Source: a bacterium
GTDB lineage: Bacteria > Pseudomonadota > Alphaproteobacteria > Rhizobiales > Xanthobacteraceae
Assembly: GCA_029946075.1 (NCBI GenBank)
Contig: JAQSDT010000399.1
Span: 1 to 43,859 of the forward strand
DNA: 43,859 nucleotides
Direction: 5' to 3'
Under the pieces are notes generated by a model, which had not been told where the DNA came from, did not search any database, and saw only the letters and a list, made by a program, of their open reading frames with translations. Both the position numbers and the translations under genes were made by a program. Each line of letters starts with the position of its first letter. Position 1 is the first letter of the stretch. Of this stretch, positions 36,964-43,859 are shown in pieces.

Positions 36964-37686
36964 GTGCCGGGGACGCAGCCGTTGTTCGAAGGCTTCTACA
37001 AGGTCAGATTCCAGCTTGGCGCTTCGGTCGGCCGCGGCGTCATGTACGCGCGCGACGGCAGGATGCTCGGCGGCAATTCGGCCTTCGCCCATATCGGTAC
37101 CTACCGAAAGGACGGCGACGGGATCGACATCGAGATCAAGACCGTCCGTCATAATCCCGATCCGAATTACCGTGCCATGGCCGGCACCGACGATGCGACC
37201 TTGCTGGCGAAGGGCAAGGCGAACGGCGACCTTTATTGTTTCGAGGGCGGCCTGAAGGAGCTTCCGGGCGTTGCCTTTCAATCGGTGATGACGCCGATCG
37301 AGCAGGATGCCGGCCCGATCGCCGGCGGGGTGGGCGAGGCCGGCGTCGTCAATGGCCTCTATTCCATTCACGTGCGGATGCTCGATGGCGTCGAGGGCGG
37401 TCTGACCGGTGTGATGCTGCTCAACGGCGGCCGCATCCTCGGCGGCGACGCCTCGTTCTATTATCTCGGCACCTACACCTCGGAGAAAGGCCGCTGGAAA
37501 GGCCAGATCCTCAATCAGGAGCACACGCCGGCCAAGGGCGAAAACCCCGTGTTCGGCGGCCATGAAGTCGGCATCGGCTTTTCCGGCACCTGCGACGAGC
37601 AGGGCGCGCTGATCGAGGCGACGGCACTCGCCGGCAAGCGCAGCCTGCGGATGACCGCGGTGCTGAAGCTGATGCACCGGGTGTAA
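36964..37686 (+). CDS. Tandem GrlR-like beta-barrel protein (paralog 2)
   Basis: Same two-repeat architecture as 30414-31127; shares NGLYSIH, GVMLL, GRWKG, FGGHEVGIGF and ATALAGKRS. Confidence 0.8.
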   Translation: MPGTQPLFEGFYKVRFQLGASVGRGVMYARDGRMLGGNSAFAHIGTYRKDGDGIDIEIKTVRHNPDPNYRAMAGTDDATLLAKGKANGDLYCFEGGLKELPGVAFQSVMTPIEQDAGPIAGGVGEAGVVNGLYSIHVRMLDGVEGGLTGVMLLNGGRILGGDASFYYLGTYTSEKGRWKGQILNQEHTPAKGENPVFGGHEVGIGFSGTCDEQGALIEATALAGKRSLRMTAVLKLMHRV

Positions 37687-37692
37687 CGGCCG

Positions 37693-38379
37693 ATGGGCGA
37701 TACCGTACGCGTGCTCTCGACACTGGCGCTGAAGGGGGCGGTGATTAACCTGAGCCGTGATTTCGAAGTCGCCACCGGCATGCAGATCGCAGCCGATTTT
37801 GCGCCGACGCTGGCCTTGCTGCAGCGCTTGCGTGCAGGCGAGCCTGCCGATGTCGTCATCCTGACCCGCGAGGGGCTGGATGAGGTTTCCCGCGAAGGGC
37901 GTGTCGCCGCCGATAGCTGCGTGGACCTCGCGCGCTCCTGGGTCGGCATCGCCGTCAGGGCAGGCGAGGTTCACCCCGATATCTCGACGGAAGCAGCGTT
38001 GCGCGCGGCGCTGCTCAATGCGCGCTCGGTCGCGTACTCGCGGCTCGGTGCCAGCGGCATCCTGTTTGCGAAATTGATCGGGCAACTCGGCATCGCGGCC
38101 GAGATCAACGCGCGCGCCGTGATCATCCAGCAGGGGTTCACGGCAGAGCGTCTCGTCACCGGCGAGGCCGATCTTGCCGTTCAGCAGGTCAGCGAACTGA
38201 AGCAGATCGACGGCATCGAGGTAGCCGGTGTCATTCCGCGCGAGCTGCAAACGCCGGCGGTGTTTTCCGCCGGACGCATGGTGACAGCGCAGGACGCCGC
38301 GCAGGCCGACCGGCTGTTGCAGTATCTGTCTTCAGCGGAGGTCGCGCCGTTGTTGCGCGAAAGCGGGCTCGATCCGTGA
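37693..38379 (+). CDS. ModA-like substrate-binding-fold protein lacking a signal peptide
   Basis: GEPADVVIL, GIAVRAG, ARSVAYS..GASG, GEADLAVQQVSEL and P.ELQ motifs. Confidence 0.88.
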   Translation: MGDTVRVLSTLALKGAVINLSRDFEVATGMQIAADFAPTLALLQRLRAGEPADVVILTREGLDEVSREGRVAADSCVDLARSWVGIAVRAGEVHPDISTEAALRAALLNARSVAYSRLGASGILFAKLIGQLGIAAEINARAVIIQQGFTAERLVTGEADLAVQQVSELKQIDGIEVAGVIPRELQTPAVFSAGRMVTAQDAAQADRLLQYLSSAEVAPLLRESGLDP

Positions 38380-38497
38380 TCCTCTCGGTCCCTGCAGACG
38401 CATGGCTCATGCGGCCGGCATAGGCCAAAACGGGCTTCCACCCGGGCGTTCCATGGAATAAGCAGCGGCCTCAGCTCATTCCTCCATCCGGGCCCCA

Positions 38498-40120
38498 ATG
38501 ATCCGTCTCGATAACGTCAGCAAGCAAGTCGGCCACCAGATTCTCTTCATCGAAGCTTCCGCAGCCCTGCAGAAGGGCGAGAAGATCGGGCTGGTAGGCC
38601 CGAACGGCGCCGGCAAGACCACGCTGTTCCGGATGATTTCGGGCCAGGAGATTCCGGACGAGGGCCAGGTCTCGCTCGATCGTGGCATCACCATCGGCTA
38701 TTTCAGCCAGGACGTCGGCGAGATGGCGGGCCGCAGCGCCGTGGCCGAGGTGATGGACGGGGCAGGGCCGGTCAGCGTCGTCGCCGCCGAACTCAGGGAA
38801 CTCGAGGCCGCCATGGCCGACCCTGAAAAAGCCGACGAAATGGACGACATCATCGCCCGCTACGGCGAGGTCCAGCACCGCTTCGAGGAACTCGACGGTT
38901 ATGCGCTCGATGGCCGCGCCCGCGAGGCCCTTTCGGGCCTGGGCTTCAGCCAGGAAATGATGGATGGCGACGTCGGCGCACTCTCGGGCGGCTGGAAGAT
39001 GCGCGTGGCGCTGGCGCGCATTTTGTTGATGCGCCCCGACGTGATGCTGCTGGACGAGCCGAGCAACCACCTCGATCTGGAAAGCCTGATCTGGCTGGAA
39101 CAGTTCCTGAAGGGGTACGAGGGCGCCTTGCTGATGACCTCGCATGACCGCGAGTTCATCAACCGCATCATCAACAAGGTCGTCGAAATCGACGGTGGCA
39201 CGCTCACCACCTATTCCGGCGATTATGAATTCTACGAACAGCAGCGCGCGCTCAACGAGAAGCAGCAGCAGGCCCAGTTCGAGCGGCAGCAGGCGATGCT
39301 GGCCAAGGAAATCAAGTTCATCGAGCGCTTCAAGGCGCGCGCGTCTCATGCCGCGCAGGTGCAGAGCCGGGTCAAGAAGCTCGACAAGATCGAGCGCGTC
39401 GAGCCGCCGAAGCGGCGGCAGACGGTGGCCTTTGAGTTTTTGCCGGCGCCGCGCTCGGGCGAGGACGTCGTCGCTCTCAAGAACGTCCACAAAGGTTACG
39501 GCAGCAAGCGAATCTATGACGGCCTGGATTTCATGATCCGCCGCCGGGAGCGCTGGTGCGTGATGGGCATTAACGGTGCCGGCAAATCGACGCTGCTGAA
39601 GCTGGTGGCGGGTTCGACCGAACCCGACGACGGCACGGTGGCGATCGGCGGCAGCGTCAAGATGGGTTACTTCGCCCAGCACGCGATGGATCTGCTCGAC
39701 GGCGAACGTACCGTATTCCAGTGGCTGGAAGATTCGTTCCCGCAGGCAGGGCAGGGCTCGCTGCGTGCGCTGGCCGGCTGCTTCGGGTTTTCCGGCGACG
39801 ATGTCGAGAAGAAGTGCCGCGTGCTCTCCGGCGGCGAGAAGGCGCGGTTGGTGATGGCGCATATGCTGTTCGACCCGCCGAACTTCCTGGTGCTGGACGA
39901 GCCGACCAATCATCTGGATCTTGCGACCAAGGAAATGCTGATCAATGCGCTCTCGGAATTCGAGGGCACCATGCTGTTCGTCTCGCATGACCGGCACTTT
40001 CTCGCAGCGCTCTCCAACCGCGTGCTGGAGTTGACGCCTGAAGGCCCGCACCTCTTCGGCGGCGGCTACACCGAGTACGTCGCGCGTACCGGGCAGGAAG
40101 CGCCCGGCCTGCGGAGCTGA
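38498..40120 (+). CDS. ABC-F family ribosome-associated ATPase
   Basis: Two NBDs (GPNGAGKT/LSGGWKMR/LDEPSNHLD and GINGAGKS/LSGGEKAR/LDEPTNHLD), Q-rich linker, no TM segments. Confidence 0.96.
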   Translation: MIRLDNVSKQVGHQILFIEASAALQKGEKIGLVGPNGAGKTTLFRMISGQEIPDEGQVSLDRGITIGYFSQDVGEMAGRSAVAEVMDGAGPVSVVAAELRELEAAMADPEKADEMDDIIARYGEVQHRFEELDGYALDGRAREALSGLGFSQEMMDGDVGALSGGWKMRVALARILLMRPDVMLLDEPSNHLDLESLIWLEQFLKGYEGALLMTSHDREFINRIINKVVEIDGGTLTTYSGDYEFYEQQRALNEKQQQAQFERQQAMLAKEIKFIERFKARASHAAQVQSRVKKLDKIERVEPPKRRQTVAFEFLPAPRSGEDVVALKNVHKGYGSKRIYDGLDFMIRRRERWCVMGINGAGKSTLLKLVAGSTEPDDGTVAIGGSVKMGYFAQHAMDLLDGERTVFQWLEDSFPQAGQGSLRALAGCFGFSGDDVEKKCRVLSGGEKARLVMAHMLFDPPNFLVLDEPTNHLDLATKEMLINALSEFEGTMLFVSHDRHFLAALSNRVLELTPEGPHLFGGGYTEYVARTGQEAPGLRS

Positions 40121-40229
40121 CGCCGACCGAACGAGCAATGCAGCGGCGCATGGCCAAGTGCGCCGCGCGCGCTTGTAGGCATCAGGTCCCGCCGCTACGC
40201 TTCCCGAAAAATCGGGGAGTGAACGGGCC

Positions 40230-41105
40230 ATGAAGCAGCTCAGGATCGGTGACATCACCATCGACGCGGTCATCGAGCGCGAGGGGCCGTGGCGGCGACC
40301 GCAGGATTTCTTCCCTGCCTATGATGATGCGGTGTTCAAGCATCATCTGAAGGGAATGGAGCCCGAGGTGTTCGACTCCGCGCTCGGTCTGATGGTCATT
40401 ACCTATCAGACCTTCGTGGTGCGCACGCCGCGCTACACCATCCTGGTCGATACCTGCACCGGCGAAGACAAGGGCCATCCGCCGCCGTTCGATTTCCCCG
40501 GCAAGGAGCGCTGGCGCAACGAGCTGTTCGCGCTCGGTGTCAGCTTCGAGCAAGTCGACTATGTCTTCTGCACCCATTTGCACATCGACCATACCGGATG
40601 GAATACGACACTGCGCGACGGTCGCTGGGTGCCGACATTCCCCAATGCGAAATACATATTCCACAAGCGGGAATATGCCGCGTGGGAAGCCGAAAATGCC
40701 AAGGGCTCCAACCCGCCGGGCACGGTCTTCCGCGACAATTGCCTGCCGATCATGGAATCGGGGCAGGCGGTGCTGGTTGACGATGATTACGCGCTCGATG
40801 ATACGGTTACGCTGACGCCGACACCGGGGCATTCGCCCTGCCATTGCTGCGTCAACATCTTCTCGAAGGGCAAGCGCGCAGTGGTAGCCGGCGATCTCAT
40901 GCATCACGTGATCCAGTGCCGCGAGCCGGAATGGTCGGCGAAGCCCGACTGGGACCCGAAGCAATCGGCGATCTCACGGCGGAAATTCTTTGCCTCCGTC
41001 GCCGGTACCGACACGCTGATCCTGCCGGTCCATTTCCCGACGCCGACGGTCGGCCTTATCACTGCCGAAGGTGACCGCTTCGACTATCGTTTCAAGCGGG
41101 ACTAA
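40230..41105 (+). CDS. MBL-fold metallo-hydrolase
   Basis: THLHIDHTGWN, TPGHSP.H, GDLMHH and HF motifs. Confidence 0.94.
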   Translation: MKQLRIGDITIDAVIEREGPWRRPQDFFPAYDDAVFKHHLKGMEPEVFDSALGLMVITYQTFVVRTPRYTILVDTCTGEDKGHPPPFDFPGKERWRNELFALGVSFEQVDYVFCTHLHIDHTGWNTTLRDGRWVPTFPNAKYIFHKREYAAWEAENAKGSNPPGTVFRDNCLPIMESGQAVLVDDDYALDDTVTLTPTPGHSPCHCCVNIFSKGKRAVVAGDLMHHVIQCREPEWSAKPDWDPKQSAISRRKFFASVAGTDTLILPVHFPTPTVGLITAEGDRFDYRFKRD

Positions 41106-41110
41106 CGGTC

Positions 41111-42745
41111 ATGTCTGATAATGCCGCTTATGATTACATCGTCGTTGGCGCCGGCTCGGCCGGCGCCGTGGTCGCAAGTCGATTGAGCGAGAGCGGGGCT
41201 TATCGCGTTCTGCTGCTGGAAGCCGACATAAAAGGTTCGAACCATTTTTGGGCGCGCGTGCCGGTCGGCACCTCCAAGATGATCGACGATCCCACCGTGA
41301 ACTGGTGCTACAAATCCGAACCTGACGAAGGTTCGGGCGGCCGCCGCATCGACGTGCCGCGCGGCAAGATGATGGGCGGCTCGAGTTCGATCAACGGCAT
41401 GGTCTACATGCGCGGACAGGCGCAGGATTATGACCACTGGGCTCAACTCGGCAATCGCGGCTGGAGCTATCAGGACGTACTTCCGATCTTTCAGCGCATG
41501 GAGCGTTATGAAGGCGGCTCCGACAAATTCCGCGGCCGAAGCGGCCTGCTGCGTGTGACGGATACGCCGCGAAAGAAAGTGCCGCTGCTCGAAAAGATCA
41601 TCGCTGCCGCCGAACGCATCGGACTTCCGTTCAATTCCGACCAGAATGGCGAGACCCAGGAGGGCATCGGCATGTCGCAGGTGACGATTGCGGGCGGCAA
41701 GCGCCAGAGCACCGCGGTCGCGTATCTCGATCCGGTGCGCGGACGGCAGAACCTCGTCGTCGTCCAGGGCGCGATGGCAGAGACGCTTGTCCTCGAAGGC
41801 AAGCGCTGCGTCGGCGTGCGCTATTCGGCCGGCGGTATCAGCACCGAGGTGAGGGCGTCGCGGGAAGTCATCGTCTCCGGCGGCTCGATCAATTCGCCGA
41901 AGTTGCTGGAGCTTTCCGGCATCGGGCAGGCGGACTTGCTTCGTTCCGTCGGAATTGCGCCCGTGCATGAGCTGCGCGGCGTCGGAGAAAATTTGCGCGA
42001 TCATTACTCCCCGCGCCTGAAGTTCGCGATCGCCGCCCGCAACATGACCTTCAACGACAACGCCCGCGGCTGGCGGCTCGCCCGCGAGGCGGTGAAATAC
42101 GCGCTGTTCGGCACGGGGTTTCTGGCCTCCACCGCCGTCCCGATCCGGATGTATTTCCGTACCCGCGAGGGACTGGAAACGCCGGACGCGACGATCTCGA
42201 TCCTGCCGTTCCTCTACGAGATGGTCGGCCGTCAGCGCCGCGTCGCCAAACGGCAGGGCATCACCATGAACGCCAATGTGCTGCGTTCGGAAAGCACCGG
42301 TTCGATCCACATCAAGTCTGCAGATCCTGCGGAGCCACCGGCGATCAGGTTCAATTTCCTCTCCACCGAGCATGATCGCGCTGGCATCCTTGCCGTGATC
42401 CGCAAGGGGCGCGAGTTGATGGCGACGTCACCGCTCAGGGAGATCACCGGCGAGGAGATCGCGCCGGGAGCGAAGTTGCAGAGCGACGACGAACTGCTCG
42501 ACTGGGTTCGCAACAATGCCGAGACGACCTACCACCCGGTCGGAACCTGCAAGATGGGTTCCGATCCACTGGCCGTGGTGGATCGCGAATTGCGCGTTCA
42601 TGGCATCGAAGGCCTGCGCATCGCGGACGCCTCGATCATGCCGACCTTGACCAGCGGCAACACCAATGCGCCGGCGATCATGATCGGCGAGAAGTGCGCC
42701 GCCATGGTGCTGGCAACGGCGGCGGCTCGCGCAGTCGCTGCCTGA
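41111..42745 (+). CDS. GMC oxidoreductase (choline dehydrogenase-like)
   Basis: GAGSAG, RGKMMGGSSSING, GENLRDH, YHPVGTCKMG and GNTNAP motifs. Confidence 0.95.
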   Translation: MSDNAAYDYIVVGAGSAGAVVASRLSESGAYRVLLLEADIKGSNHFWARVPVGTSKMIDDPTVNWCYKSEPDEGSGGRRIDVPRGKMMGGSSSINGMVYMRGQAQDYDHWAQLGNRGWSYQDVLPIFQRMERYEGGSDKFRGRSGLLRVTDTPRKKVPLLEKIIAAAERIGLPFNSDQNGETQEGIGMSQVTIAGGKRQSTAVAYLDPVRGRQNLVVVQGAMAETLVLEGKRCVGVRYSAGGISTEVRASREVIVSGGSINSPKLLELSGIGQADLLRSVGIAPVHELRGVGENLRDHYSPRLKFAIAARNMTFNDNARGWRLAREAVKYALFGTGFLASTAVPIRMYFRTREGLETPDATISILPFLYEMVGRQRRVAKRQGITMNANVLRSESTGSIHIKSADPAEPPAIRFNFLSTEHDRAGILAVIRKGRELMATSPLREITGEEIAPGAKLQSDDELLDWVRNNAETTYHPVGTCKMGSDPLAVVDRELRVHGIEGLRIADASIMPTLTSGNTNAPAIMIGEKCAAMVLATAAARAVAA

Positions 42746-42780
42746 TGAAGGAGTTTGGAGAAATCATGGGAATGGAGCGG

Positions 42781-43458
42781 ATGGATTTCGAGACGCTGGT
42801 GCAGACCCGCAAGAGCGTCCGCGGCTTCAGGAAGCAGGCGGTGCCACGCACGGTCATCGAGGAAGTCATCGAGGTCGCCAAGCGCGCGCCGTCGTCGATG
42901 AACACGCAGCCCTGGCATATTCACGTGTTGACCGGCGAACCGCTGGAGCAGCTGCGCCGTCGCAACATGGAAGAGATGGCGGGTGGCGCCAAGGTGAAGC
43001 GCGACATCATCAGTCACGGCGAATATCAGGGCGTGCACCGCGGCCGGCAAGTCGATATCGCCAAGAAGCTGTTCGCCGTGATGGGCATCGCACGCGACGA
43101 CAAGCCGATGCGGCAGGACTGGGTGCTGCGCGGCTTCCGCCAGTTCGACGCGCCGGTCTCGCTGGTGCTGACCTACGACCGGGTGTTGGATCCCGGCGCG
43201 GTCTGCCATTTCGACCTCGGTGCGCTCTGCTACGGCATCGTGCTTGCTGCGTGGGATCGTGGCCTCGGCAGCGTCATCAATGGGCAGGGCATCATGCGCT
43301 CGGACATCGTCCGCGAGATCGCCGGCATTCCGGAGGACGAGGTCATCATGACCTGTGTCGCCATGGGCTATCCCGACGACAGCTTCCCCGCCAACGCTGT
43401 TCGCTCCGATCGCGAGGTGAATGGCGACTTCGTACGTTATGTCGGCTTTGCAGATTGA
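42781..43458 (+). CDS. Nitroreductase family protein
   Basis: RKSVRGF, APSSMNTQPW, FDAPV, GLGS and MGY motifs. Start could be 42766 or 42772. Confidence 0.93.
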   Translation: MDFETLVQTRKSVRGFRKQAVPRTVIEEVIEVAKRAPSSMNTQPWHIHVLTGEPLEQLRRRNMEEMAGGAKVKRDIISHGEYQGVHRGRQVDIAKKLFAVMGIARDDKPMRQDWVLRGFRQFDAPVSLVLTYDRVLDPGAVCHFDLGALCYGIVLAAWDRGLGSVINGQGIMRSDIVREIAGIPEDEVIMTCVAMGYPDDSFPANAVRSDREVNGDFVRYVGFAD

Positions 43459-43469
43459 GGATTGATCGT

Positions 43470-43859
43470 ATGACTACTGATGACGAAACCGACATGATCC
43501 GTGAGACGGTCGCCAAATTTGTCGACCGCGAACTGATCCCGCTCGAACCGCATTACCTGAAGTCCAGACTGCCCGGTTCGGATAATCCGGAACTGACCGC
43601 CGAACAGCGGGAGCGGTTGCGGACGGTCTCGAAGGATCTCGGCTTGTGGGGCCTCGATGCACCCGAAGATCTCGGCGGCCACGATCTGCCGACGCGCACG
43701 ATGGCGGCGGTCCACGAGGAACTGGGACGGACCTGCGTACCGTTCATCCTGCCGCCGGATTCGCCGAACCTGCGGATGCTGCAGGCGGTCGGCTACGACA
43801 CACTGAAGCGTAATTACCTGCAGCGCTATATCGAGGGCCTCATGGTGTCGGCGATTGCG
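43470..43859 (+). CDS. Acyl-CoA dehydrogenase family protein, 3' truncated by the window end
   Basis: GAGGA RBS; MTTDDETDMIRETVAKFVDRELIPLE...GLWGLDAPEDLGG...EELGR...YLQRYIEG..VSAIA; frame open to the end. Confidence 0.88.
   Translation, partial: MTTDDETDMIRETVAKFVDRELIPLEPHYLKSRLPGSDNPELTAEQRERLRTVSKDLGLWGLDAPEDLGGHDLPTRTMAAVHEELGRTCVPFILPPDSPNLRMLQAVGYDTLKRNYLQRYIEGLMVSAIA

Overview
High-GC alphaproteobacterial chromosome segment. Gene content and order (purM-purN, rnd, selO, aspS, maeB, creA, gstI-glnII) and the intergenic palindromic repeats point to Bradyrhizobium or a close Nitrobacteraceae relative (inference). About 47 CDS are present, mostly housekeeping or conserved accessory genes, plus a higBA toxin-antitoxin pair and three palindromic repeat elements. 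No rRNA, tRNA, CRISPR array, integrase or transposase was seen. The most notable signals are: (1) a decayed second copy of the aspS 3' end, with an 18-bp identical core, bracketing a 659-aa membrane-anchored gene like an att-flanked islet; (2) two paralogous tandem-GrlR-like proteins 6.5 kb apart with no T3SS nearby; (3) a possible insertion at the left edge, 5 codons into the gene divergent from purM; (4) readable regulatory sites (HigA operators with a leaderless promoter, CtrA boxes, PhaR-like boxes, NtrC/sigma54, RpoH, MocR operators); (5) small proteins missing from the ORF track. I found no clear, complete novel multi-gene system. All family calls come from motif recognition by eye, not from database searches.
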